DNA of 46,126 nt from contig DAIDJC010000001.1 in NCBI GenBank assembly GCA_027451565.1, positions 1-46,126 on the forward strand. The letters are read 5' to 3'. The stretch's first letter is position 1. Every line of letters starts with the position of its first letter. This document shows, in pieces, positions 27,211 through 35,549 of this stretch. This stretch comes from Limisphaerales bacterium (lineage in GTDB: Bacteria; Verrucomicrobiota; Verrucomicrobiia; Limisphaerales; UBA11358). The position numbers and the translations under genes were made by a program. The notes beneath the pieces were generated by a model, which ran no database searches, was not told the origin of the DNA, and was given only the letters and a program-made list of their open reading frames with translations.

Positions 27211-27641
27211 AAGGCAACATGCAATGGTTTCCATGGGCAATGGGATCGGCCGTCTTCGCGGCGCTGACGACTCTTTTGGCAAAGAAAGGTTTGGAAGGAG
27301 TGGACCCGGACTTGGCCACCTTATGGCGGACGGTCATCATCCTTGTGATGCTGGCCGGATGGGTCATGGCGGCCGGGAAATGGACCAATCCCATGGCACT
27401 GCCTGCGCGCCCGATGGTTTACCTGATTTTATCCGGCTTGGCTACCGGCGCGTCATGGTTGTGTTATTACCGGGGATTGCATTTGGGCCCTGCCGCAAAG
27501 GTGGCGACGGTGGACAAGTTCAGCCTGGTTCTGGTGGCGCTTTTGGGGCAATGGCTATTGTTGGAGCGGTTGAATTTGCGCGAATGGGCTGGGGTGGCGC
27601 TCATGGCGGGCGGGGTGCTGGTTCTGGCCATGAAACGCTGA
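27207..27641 (+). CDS. Small EamA-domain (DMT superfamily) membrane protein
   Basis: MKGNMQWFPWAMGSAVFAALTTLLAKKGL...LSGLATGASWLCYY...LLERLNLREWAGVALMAGGVLVLA is a single EamA domain with five predicted helices. The upstream part of the track ORF (from 27096) is not protein-like. Confidence 0.75.
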   Translation: MKGNMQWFPWAMGSAVFAALTTLLAKKGLEGVDPDLATLWRTVIILVMLAGWVMAAGKWTNPMALPARPMVYLILSGLATGASWLCYYRGLHLGPAAKVATVDKFSLVLVALLGQWLLLERLNLREWAGVALMAGGVLVLAMKR

Positions 27642-27713
27642 ACGCCTGCCGGGAATTTGGAAGAACCGGGCTGTATGGTTGAAATGGGGCGGGGATTGCG
27701 GCAAAATAGCGCC

Positions 27714-28250
27714 ATGAAGACGACACAAAGTCTGGCATGCGCGTGCCTGGCGGCTGCGACCCTCATCGTGGCCGGGTGCAACCCAGGCACGAATGGTTCA
27801 TCCAGTCCGGACACGGCCATTAAACACTGGGAACCAACCCAGGCACAACCCAAGCTGCAGACCATGAAAATTTATGTGGGACCGGAAACCTTGGATTCAG
27901 AACTGGCGCTGACCCCGCGTGAAATCCAGACTGGAATGATGTTTCGCACCAACATCCAGGATTCCGACTCCATGCTGTTCCTTTTGCCCTACCCCATGCG
28001 GGCGGATTTCTGGATGAAAAACTGTCCCGAATCCATTTCCGCCGCCTATATTAACACAGACGGGGTCATTGAAGAAATCCACCATCTGGAACATGATGAC
28101 ACCAACGGGGTCTTTTCTGCGAGCGATGACATCCGTTTTGTGCTGGAAACCAGTGATGGCTGGTTTTCACGACATCACATCAACCCGGGCAGTGTGATTC
28201 AGACAGAGCACGGATCCCTGGCGGACACTTTTTTAAAGGCCGCGCATTAA
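27714..28250 (+). CDS. DUF192-family lipoprotein
   Basis: Lipobox LIVAGC. Core sequence ELALTPREIQTGMMFR...MLFLLPYPMRADFWMKNCPESISAAYINTDGVIEEI matches the DUF192 pattern. Confidence 0.78.
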   Translation: MKTTQSLACACLAAATLIVAGCNPGTNGSSSPDTAIKHWEPTQAQPKLQTMKIYVGPETLDSELALTPREIQTGMMFRTNIQDSDSMLFLLPYPMRADFWMKNCPESISAAYINTDGVIEEIHHLEHDDTNGVFSASDDIRFVLETSDGWFSRHHINPGSVIQTEHGSLADTFLKAAH

Positions 28251-28259
28251 AGGCAAGAA

Positions 28260-29141
28260 ATGGTTCCCCTGGAGAAAATGCGGGCAATGCTTGGACGCGG
28301 CCAATCATTGGCCAAGGTTGCAGAATTTTCAGTGGGCGCAAAAAAGCTGCGGTTTCGCGAGCGACCGTCCGTGATGGGAGTGATTAATCTTTCAAAGGAT
28401 TCATGGTACCGGGAAAGCGTCTGCATGAGCGCGGATGCGGCCATCAAAAGGGGAATAATGTTGTCCGCCCAAGGGGCGGACATCGTGGATGTGGGAGCGG
28501 AATCCACCCTGGCCCAGGCAGAACGCGTGGGAAGTTCAGCCCAGAAAAGCCTGCTGCTGCCGGTCATCCAGCATTTGAGCCGGTTAAAAATCCCTGTGTC
28601 GGTGGAGACTTATTCCAAGACCGTCACGCGCGCCAGCCTGCAAGCGGGGGCCCGGGTTTTGAATCTCACAGGCACGGAGGGATCGAGAGAACTTTTCCGC
28701 ATGGTGGCGGATCATGATGCGGCAGTGATCATCTGTCATGTGGCGGGGAAGAATGTTCGCCAGGTTCGGGACCTGGATTTGAGCGGAGACCCCATTCCCA
28801 TGCTTTATGAATTTTTCGGGCGGCAAATCGAGCTGGCTTCGCGGTGCGGGGTGCGGAAGATATTTTTGGATCCCGGGCTGGGTTTTTATTACCGGAATCT
28901 TCAGGACAGCGCGGTGCGGGTGCGGCATCAGATGGAGGTGTTTTTAAATTCGCACCGTCTTCGGGTGTTGGGCCATCCCATTTGCAATGCGCTGCCCCAC
29001 GCCTTTGAATATTTTGAAGAAGAAGTGCGCTGCGCGGAGCCATTTTTTGCCGTGCTGGCCGCCCTGGGTGGCACGGATTTGTTCAGAACCCATGAAGTGC
29101 GGCGCGTCCAGTCTGTCCTGAAAACCTTGCAGGTATTTTGA
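28260..29141 (+). CDS. Pterin-binding (dihydropteroate synthase-fold) protein, divergent
   Basis: VMGVINLSKDS...GADIVDVGAESTLAQ...VSVETY...VLNLTG...FLDPGLGFYY...LFRTHEV follows the DHPS TIM-barrel motif order. Several canonical residues appear to be replaced (see findings). Confidence 0.7.
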   Translation: MVPLEKMRAMLGRGQSLAKVAEFSVGAKKLRFRERPSVMGVINLSKDSWYRESVCMSADAAIKRGIMLSAQGADIVDVGAESTLAQAERVGSSAQKSLLLPVIQHLSRLKIPVSVETYSKTVTRASLQAGARVLNLTGTEGSRELFRMVADHDAAVIICHVAGKNVRQVRDLDLSGDPIPMLYEFFGRQIELASRCGVRKIFLDPGLGFYYRNLQDSAVRVRHQMEVFLNSHRLRVLGHPICNALPHAFEYFEEEVRCAEPFFAVLAALGGTDLFRTHEVRRVQSVLKTLQVF

Positions 29142-29216
29142 AGGCCATGAGAGGCCTGGCTGGAGCGGGCCGCCCGGACCTGTAAAACCCCTTCATCGCG
29201 GGGTGATCCCGCTCCC

Positions 29217-29660
29217 TCAAGACTGTGGAAAAATGCGGTACAGGAGGAAATATACCAGGACCCCCGTGATGGAGACGTACATCCAGAGCGGCCATGTCCA
29301 CCGCGCCAGTTTCCGGTGCGTTTCGAATCGTCCCTTTGCCGCCATCCAAAGCGTGGAGAGAATGAGCGGGACAATCACCATGGCCAAAACGGTATGGGTG
29401 GAAAGAATGAAAATATAAATCGGACGAAACCAATGCGGATGCAAGAACCGGGTGGGTCCACGGTGATAAGTCCAATAAAGGGAAAAATGATAGAACAGAT
29501 AGCAAGCCAGAAAAACAACGGACGTGCCGAAGGCGGAAATCATGCAGGCGCGATGGGCCGACTTATTTCCCTTCTTGATGAAAACAAACCCCGCCGCCAA
29601 TAAAACCGCGCTGGCCGCATTCAGGGAGGCGTTGATGGCGGGCATTATAAAAATATTCAT
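29217..29660 (-). CDS. DUF420 membrane protein (oxidase-associated)
   Basis: INASLNAASAVLLAAGFVFIKKGNKSAHRACMISAF...FLACYLFYH is the DUF420 pattern, with four TM helices. Last gene of the oxidase cluster. Confidence 0.8.
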   Translation of the reverse strand: MNIFIMPAINASLNAASAVLLAAGFVFIKKGNKSAHRACMISAFGTSVVFLACYLFYHFSLYWTYHRGPTRFLHPHWFRPIYIFILSTHTVLAMVIVPLILSTLWMAAKGRFETHRKLARWTWPLWMYVSITGVLVYFLLYRIFPQS

Positions 29661-29687
29661 ATACGAACCGTTTCTCGATCGGCGCCA

Positions 29688-30344
29688 TCAAGGAGCCGCC
29701 TCAAGCCTTTTGAGTGTTTGCAGGATGCGATCCTGAACCTGGCTCCAAATAATGCCATCACCCGAGGTTTCGAAAACCGCCCGGAGACGCGCCTTTTTAT
29801 CTACCACCACAAAAATGGTGCTGTGAATGAAGAGATCCACCGGAGACTTTCGGTCTGACGGCTGCACCGGGGTGGATCCCAGACGAAGCGATCCACCAGC
29901 GAGCGCGCCAATGGATTGGGGAGTGCCTGTCAAAAACATCCAACGGTTTGAATCGGCCCCGTAATGCTCCGCGTAGCGGTGTAAAACCGGCGGGGTGTCA
30001 AAATCCGGATCGGTGGTCAGAGTCACCAATCGAGCCTCACTGGAAGGAGGCAAGGCATCCTGGATCTGGCGCATTTGGCGGGTCATTCCCGGGCACGATC
30101 CGGCACAACGAGTAAAAATGATATCTGCCACCCAGGGGTGGTTGGTCAAGTTGGCGAGAGTGACAGCCTGGTTAAACTGGTTGGTAAGCTCGAATGGAGC
30201 GACGACGCCGAGCACTGGAAGGGAGGTTTGATGGGCGCGTGAAAACTCGGCCAGTGAGAGGAGATAAGCAAAAGCAAGAAGGATGAGCACCAAAAGGACC
30301 CCCACCCACAGACTCCTTGGCAGTGGCTGTAAGGGATCGGACAT
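29688..30344 (-). CDS. SCO1/SenC copper chaperone (thioredoxin fold)
   Basis: N-terminal TM anchor. CxxxC motif IFTRCAGSCPGM and a downstream conserved His (FIHST). Confidence 0.88.
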   Translation of the reverse strand: MSDPLQPLPRSLWVGVLLVLILLAFAYLLSLAEFSRAHQTSLPVLGVVAPFELTNQFNQAVTLANLTNHPWVADIIFTRCAGSCPGMTRQMRQIQDALPPSSEARLVTLTTDPDFDTPPVLHRYAEHYGADSNRWMFLTGTPQSIGALAGGSLRLGSTPVQPSDRKSPVDLFIHSTIFVVVDKKARLRAVFETSGDGIIWSQVQDRILQTLKRLEAAP

Positions 30345-30369
30345 GTTTCAACCGGGCGGCCCCGGAAGG

Positions 30370-31137
30370 CTATTCGTAACTGGCGGTGGCGCCGCTTTTG
30401 GATTTGATCCACTTGTCAAAATCGGCCTGAGATTCCACGGTCACGTAACCACCGGTCATGGCGGCATGGCCTGGACCGCAGAGCTGGGCGCAATTGATCT
30501 GGTACCTGCCGATCTGGGTTGGTTTGAACCAGACAGGGATGCGCAAACCGGGGATGGCATCCTGGCACACCCGCATGGCGATGATTTTTAGGGAGTGAAT
30601 CACGTCCTTGGAACTCAAATAAACGATGACGGGCTTGTTGACCACCACGTGTATATCGTTGAGGGTTTGGATGTCGTCCTTGCCATTGACATCCGAAGGA
30701 TCCACACCGAAGACGTTGTCCGAGGCCACGAACTTCATGTCTTGCCGGCCAAAGATGCCGTCCGGGCCCGCATACCGCGCATTCCAAGCGTATTGCTGGG
30801 CAACCACTTGAACCACGGTGGATTCGCTGGCCATGGGGAAATGATCCACAGCCTTGGACCAAAGAGGGACGGCCACAAAAACCAGCAGGAGAGCCTCGAC
30901 CAATGCCACGGCCAGTTCGATGTAGCTGGAGGCATGGTTTTGAACCCCCGCGTAATCCGCACGTTGATTGCGTGAAGCCCTGAAGCGATACAGTGCGTAA
31001 ATAAAATAGGCCATCCAGCCGATGAACAAAGCCAGCATGAGCCAGTGGACGTAGATGATGAGATTATCCACGTCCTGGCCGTTTTCTGAGGCGAGCGGGG
31101 GCAACCCGAGCACGTATTTACCGAACCATTCTTTCAT
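30370..31137 (-). CDS. Cytochrome c oxidase subunit II (CuA), no haem c domain
   Basis: Two N-terminal TM helices. Cupredoxin domain with SKDVIHSL and CuA loop NCAQLCGPGHAAM (C-x3-C-x3-H-x2-M). No CxxCH motif. Confidence 0.88.
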   Translation of the reverse strand: MKEWFGKYVLGLPPLASENGQDVDNLIIYVHWLMLALFIGWMAYFIYALYRFRASRNQRADYAGVQNHASSYIELAVALVEALLLVFVAVPLWSKAVDHFPMASESTVVQVVAQQYAWNARYAGPDGIFGRQDMKFVASDNVFGVDPSDVNGKDDIQTLNDIHVVVNKPVIVYLSSKDVIHSLKIIAMRVCQDAIPGLRIPVWFKPTQIGRYQINCAQLCGPGHAAMTGGYVTVESQADFDKWIKSKSGATASYE

Positions 31138-31403
31138 ATTTGAGCTTCTGACAAATCAGGGGAATTTGTTTCGTTGGCCGCAGGGGAGGTTTCCCGGCGA
31201 ATGATGTAAATGAAAAAGCCGCCAATGCTGACCAGCACCGTCACGATGCAGGCCATTAAAGTAAGGATACCCCAGTTCATGCCGCTGGCGAGCGGGGAAT
31301 CGGAACGTCCATAGCAGGCGGCACAAGCCATGGCGGGGGAAGCATGGCAAAAGGCCATCAGAATTGAAAGAAAGAGCAGGTATGCCGCGCGATTAAAAAT
31401 CAT
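31134..31403 (-). CDS. Small exported/membrane-anchored protein with a CAAC motif
   Basis: 89 aa. Signal peptide ending ASPAMA, then CAACYGRSDSP, then a TM helix. ATGA overlaps at both ends (with the upstream tiny ORF and with the subunit II start) indicate translational coupling. Confidence 0.55.
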   Translation of the reverse strand: MIFNRAAYLLFLSILMAFCHASPAMACAACYGRSDSPLASGMNWGILTLMACIVTVLVSIGGFFIYIIRRETSPAANETNSPDLSEAQI

Positions 31404-31585
31404 AAGTAGCTGATTTTTTTTAATTTTTTAAGGAAATAAAAACCGTAAAAAACCACCAGTCCCGCCACCCCCAGGCTGGCCAGCCCCAGCCAAGGGAGCT
31501 GGTTGACAAAACCCCAAATGGCAAACCCCAGGGCAAGGGCCGTCATCATGGAGACAAAGATGAGATGGAAAGCCTTGAGAGACAT
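31400..31585 (-). CDS. Small two-TM membrane protein
   Basis: The Met at 31585 (MSLKAFHLIFVSMMTALALGFAIWGF...) starts 2 nt after the subunit IV stop. 61 aa, two hydrophobic helices, basic C-terminus. The track ORF extends to 31654 but that part overlaps subunit IV. Confidence 0.5.
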   Translation of the reverse strand: MSLKAFHLIFVSMMTALALGFAIWGFVNQLPWLGLASLGVAGLVVFYGFYFLKKLKKISYL

Positions 31586-31586
31586 A

Positions 31587-31907
31587 TCAGTGCATAATGG
31601 TGCCCATGGGAAAATCCTGCATGGCATAGAGAGTAAGCCCCATGAGGCCCACAAAGAAAAAGACCGTGAAAACCAACAGGGTGTAAATCAGTTTTTTTTC
31701 CGAGAGCAAGTGCATTAAAAAACCTGCCACGAGGAATGCATTGACGGATGCCACGCAGAGGATGAGCGCCACCTTGAGAGCCCATGAATAGTGGGGCGGC
31801 AGGTAGGAAATGTAAATCATCAAGCCTATCGCGCAAAGCACGCCCACAAAAATAAAAATGCACCGCTGCAAATAAGACTTAAAATCCACTGGATGGGAAT
31901 CGCTCAT
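31587..31907 (-). CDS. Cytochrome c oxidase subunit IV (bacterial CoxD/CtaF type)
   Basis: 106 aa with three TM helices. The segment ILCVASVNAFLVAGFLMHL resembles the conserved helix of prokaryotic subunit IV. Positioned after subunit III. Confidence 0.68.
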   Translation of the reverse strand: MSDSHPVDFKSYLQRCIFIFVGVLCAIGLMIYISYLPPHYSWALKVALILCVASVNAFLVAGFLMHLLSEKKLIYTLLVFTVFFFVGLMGLTLYAMQDFPMGTIMH

Positions 31908-31929
31908 AATTGATGGCTTAATGGTCCAA

Positions 31930-32703
31930 TCAGGTCAAATATAGTACTGGAAACAGGAAAATCCAAACCAAGTCCACAAAATGCCAGAAGAGGCCTGAAA
32001 CCTCAATACGATTGGTGAATCGTTCAGGGTCCTTTTTCCACATGCGACTGCCTGGCCCCCAAAGATACCCAATCACCAGCGTGCCACCCAAAATATGCAG
32101 GGCATGCAACCCGGTGAGCGTGAAATACAAGGCCAGGAAGGTGTTATGCCACGGACCGTAGTTTTCCATGGAGAGAATATCAGACCGTGAAATTTTAATT
32201 TCATCACGCGGAATGGGACCCTGGGATCGCAAATCATAAAGGGCCTTTTCATCGGTTACATAGCGTCCCTCAATAGTGACGGAAGTGTCGTCACTGGCGA
32301 TCATGTGCCCATCGGCAAACCGGCCATCTTTGAGTTTGATCTCATAATGGATCCATTTGTCATGGTATTCATACATTTTGACGCCAAGGAAGGTGAGAGC
32401 GAGGGCCATGGTGCAGGCGTGAAAAAACTTGAATCGGCCGAACTGCCCCACTTTACAGGCCACCCAAGCAAGAAGGGTGGTGATGGCAGAGAGCGCCAGC
32501 AGGACGGTATTCAAAGTGCCAAGGCGCACGTCCAGCCAGCCGTGCGGCCAGTATCCCTCATCCGCTCCCACTCGCAACAGAACGTAAGCGGAAAAAAGGC
32601 CGCCAAACAACATGACTTCCGATGCCAAGAACAACCAGATGCCGACCTTGGCGTTGTAAATGCCGGTATCCGGACGAGGTTTGACCGTGTATGGGATTTC
32701 CAT
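31930..32703 (-). CDS. Cytochrome c oxidase subunit III (5-TM type) with a hydrophilic insertion
   Basis: GIWLFLASEVMLFGGLFSAY...LTGLHALHILGG...LFWHFVDLVWIFLFPVLY are CoxIII signatures. Residues of about 114-184 are hydrophilic. Confidence 0.88.
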   Translation of the reverse strand: MEIPYTVKPRPDTGIYNAKVGIWLFLASEVMLFGGLFSAYVLLRVGADEGYWPHGWLDVRLGTLNTVLLALSAITTLLAWVACKVGQFGRFKFFHACTMALALTFLGVKMYEYHDKWIHYEIKLKDGRFADGHMIASDDTSVTIEGRYVTDEKALYDLRSQGPIPRDEIKISRSDILSMENYGPWHNTFLALYFTLTGLHALHILGGTLVIGYLWGPGSRMWKKDPERFTNRIEVSGLFWHFVDLVWIFLFPVLYLT

Positions 32704-32711
32704 GAAAATAT

Positions 32712-34616
32712 TTAGTGAGCTGTGGCTAGGGACACTTTGGAACCCACCGGGCGCTCCGGTTCGTTTTGGGGGGTGAAATCGGTGTCGTGACCGGGAACAC
32801 TGTATTCATAAGGCCCACGATAGACATGGGGGACATGCTCGAAATTGCCATGAGGGGGTGGGGTTGGAGCCTGCCATTCCAGAGTGGTGGCCTGCCAGGG
32901 ATTATCCCCCACTTTTTCACCATGCTTGATGCTCCAGAACAAATTAATGATGAAAGGGATTTGAGCGATGCCCAGGGCAATGGCAGCCCAAAGAATCCAA
33001 ACATGGAGGGACATCATGTTGTCACTCAACCCACCCACCACATCGGCTCCGGCGCGACTATTCATCGCGGCTGAATAATTGGCTCCTCCATCCGACATAC
33101 GGCGAAGCATTCCCGCCATGCCTTGGGCAAACATGGGCATGAAAACAATATTCATGAAAATCAGGGAACAGACAAAATGGACCCGGCCCCAGAACTCGTT
33201 CATTCTACGGCCTGTTATTTTTGGAAACCAATAATAAAGTCCTGCGAAAAGACCGAAAATGGTGCCAGGAGCCACCACGTAGTGGAAGTGAGCAATAACG
33301 TAGTAAGTGTCATGAAGGTGAACGTCGCTGAGGTTGAATCCAAGCGGGAGACCGGTCAACCCGCCGATGCCGAACATGGGAAGGAAGGCGAGGGCAAACA
33401 GCATGGGCGTATTAAACCGGATGGAACCGCCCCACAAAGAAATAAAGAGGCAGGTTAAAATGATGACTGATGGAATGGAAATAATCATCGTGGTGGCTTG
33501 GAAGAAAGTGGAGATTTTGGTTCCCATGCCGGTCATGTACATGTGGTGAGCCCAGACGATGAAGGAGAGAAAACCGATGGTGAGAACGGAATAGACCAGG
33601 GATTTGTAACCCCATATGGGCTTGCGGGTGTTGTTGGCGATGATTTCGCAAACGGCACCCATGGCTGGGAGGATGAGGACATACACCTCGGGATGGCCCA
33701 GGAACCAAAAAAGGTGCTGCCAGAGGAGAGGGCTTCCGCCGCCGCTGATATGGGCCAGATTGCCGCCCACGGCGAGACCCGTGGGCAGGAAAAAGCTTGT
33801 ATGGGCCACGTTATCCATCAATTGCATGAGTGAAGCGGCCTCGAGGGGCGGAAACGCCAGAAGAAGAAGGAAAGCCGTGACAAACTGAGCCCAAACGAAG
33901 AAAGGAAGTCGCATCCAAGTCATCCCGGGTGCGCGGAGTTGGATGATGGTGGCAATAAAATTCACGGCCCCGAGAAGAGAAGAGGTAATCAGGAGCACCA
34001 TGCCGATAATCCAAAAAAGCTGGCCATGGGTGGGAATGGATGTGGCAAGAGGAGAGTAGGAAGTCCAACCCGCCTGCGCTGCGCCACCAGGAATAAAAAA
34101 GCTGACAAACATCACGAGGCTGCCGAGGAAATAGGCCTGGTAGCTGGCCATGTTCACACGTGGAAAGGCCATATCGGGCGCGCCAATCATGAGAGGGACC
34201 ACGTAATTGCCAAATGCGGCAAAAGCCAGCGGCACAATTCCAAGGAAAATCATCATGGTTCCGTGCATGGCTCCAAAAGAGTTGTAAAGGTCGGGAGAAA
34301 TCACACCGCCAGCCGCTGGCTGCCCCAAGATGCTGGCCAGCACGGGTCCGAGAATGGGAACAGGTTTGCCCGGATGGGCTATCTGCCACCGCATCAGCAG
34401 CATCAGCATCAAAGCCAGCCACATGAACGCCAAAGAGGTGATGCCATACTGGATGCCGATGATTTTGTGATCGCTGGAAAAAATATACTTTTGCCAGAAA
34501 TTGGGTTCGTGGTGGGCGCTTTCCTGGTGGTGGGCGTCCTCTGCGTGGCCGTGCTCCTGCACATGGCCGGCGGTTGAATGCCGGGAAGGAGGAAATTGCT
34601 GGATTTCAGGATTCAT
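32712..34616 (-). CDS. ctaD: Cytochrome c oxidase subunit I, A1-type
   Basis: 634 aa. WQHLFWFLGHPEVYVLILPAMG (cross-linked His-Tyr and D-channel Glu motif), WAHHMY and YYVIAHFHYV. Confidence 0.95.
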   Translation of the reverse strand: MNPEIQQFPPSRHSTAGHVQEHGHAEDAHHQESAHHEPNFWQKYIFSSDHKIIGIQYGITSLAFMWLALMLMLLMRWQIAHPGKPVPILGPVLASILGQPAAGGVISPDLYNSFGAMHGTMMIFLGIVPLAFAAFGNYVVPLMIGAPDMAFPRVNMASYQAYFLGSLVMFVSFFIPGGAAQAGWTSYSPLATSIPTHGQLFWIIGMVLLITSSLLGAVNFIATIIQLRAPGMTWMRLPFFVWAQFVTAFLLLLAFPPLEAASLMQLMDNVAHTSFFLPTGLAVGGNLAHISGGGSPLLWQHLFWFLGHPEVYVLILPAMGAVCEIIANNTRKPIWGYKSLVYSVLTIGFLSFIVWAHHMYMTGMGTKISTFFQATTMIISIPSVIILTCLFISLWGGSIRFNTPMLFALAFLPMFGIGGLTGLPLGFNLSDVHLHDTYYVIAHFHYVVAPGTIFGLFAGLYYWFPKITGRRMNEFWGRVHFVCSLIFMNIVFMPMFAQGMAGMLRRMSDGGANYSAAMNSRAGADVVGGLSDNMMSLHVWILWAAIALGIAQIPFIINLFWSIKHGEKVGDNPWQATTLEWQAPTPPPHGNFEHVPHVYRGPYEYSVPGHDTDFTPQNEPERPVGSKVSLATAH

Positions 34617-34620
34617 AAAT

Positions 34621-35529
34621 TCATTTCATTTTATCCAACACCAATGCCGTAAGTAATAAAGGCAAATAAAGGATGGAGGCCAGAAAAAACTGTCTGGCGC
34701 TGGAGCGCGTCAACTGCCTGGAAAACCTGATGGCCAACATGAGGAAAGCCAAACCCAGCGCCAGAGCGACCACCAGATAGCCCCTGCCACTGATTTGCCA
34801 GAGGTATGGAAAAAGGCTGACCAGCAAGAGCGCAAGCGTATTGCTGATGGATTGCTGGGCCGTGCGGGAGCCATCGGGGTCCACGTGCGGCAGCATGACA
34901 AAGCCCGCCTTGGCATATTCATCCCTGTAAAGCCAGGCGATGGCAAAAAAGTGAGGCAACTGCCAGAAAGCCAGAATGGCAAAGAGCGCCCATCCCTCCC
35001 CACTCAACTGATTCCGCGCGGCAGTCCATCCCATGAGCGGAGGCAAGGCACCCGGAATGGCACCCACGAGAGTGTTAATCCACGTCACTCTCTTCAGAGG
35101 CGTGTAAACAAATAAATAGCTCACCAATGTCACGGACCCCAAAACCGAAGTCAGGAGATTGACCGCAAAAGCCAGATAAACCAGGCCGCAAACGGATGCA
35201 ACCCCTCCAAAAAGCATGGCCGAAACGGGCTGCATGCGACCGGAAGGCAGCGGCCTATCCTGGGTGCGGGGCATTTTTGCATCGTAATCCTTTTCAATCC
35301 ACTGATTTAGGGCGGAGGCTCCTGCTGCCACCAAGGCGGTTGCCAGCAGGGTGTGAAACAGGAGCAGGTAATTCATGGGGCCGCGCCATCCCAGGTAAAA
35401 GCCAACCAGTGTCGTGAGCAGGACCAAGGTGGTCAAACGCGCCTTGACCAAGTCGGCAAACACTGCCAGCCAGCTTTTTGTGGCTTTGTCAGCATTTAAT
35501 AATACTACGCTTGCTGGTTCTAATTGCAT
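34621..35529 (-). CDS. ctaB: Protoheme IX farnesyltransferase (heme O synthase)
   Basis: UbiA-family motifs NQWIEKDYDAKMPRTQDRPLPSG and FAILAFWQLPHFFAIAW. 302 aa with multiple TM helices. Confidence 0.92.
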   Translation of the reverse strand: MQLEPASVVLLNADKATKSWLAVFADLVKARLTTLVLLTTLVGFYLGWRGPMNYLLLFHTLLATALVAAGASALNQWIEKDYDAKMPRTQDRPLPSGRMQPVSAMLFGGVASVCGLVYLAFAVNLLTSVLGSVTLVSYLFVYTPLKRVTWINTLVGAIPGALPPLMGWTAARNQLSGEGWALFAILAFWQLPHFFAIAWLYRDEYAKAGFVMLPHVDPDGSRTAQQSISNTLALLLVSLFPYLWQISGRGYLVVALALGLAFLMLAIRFSRQLTRSSARQFFLASILYLPLLLTALVLDKMK

Positions 35530-35549
35530 CGATTAACGGCAACTTTTCC

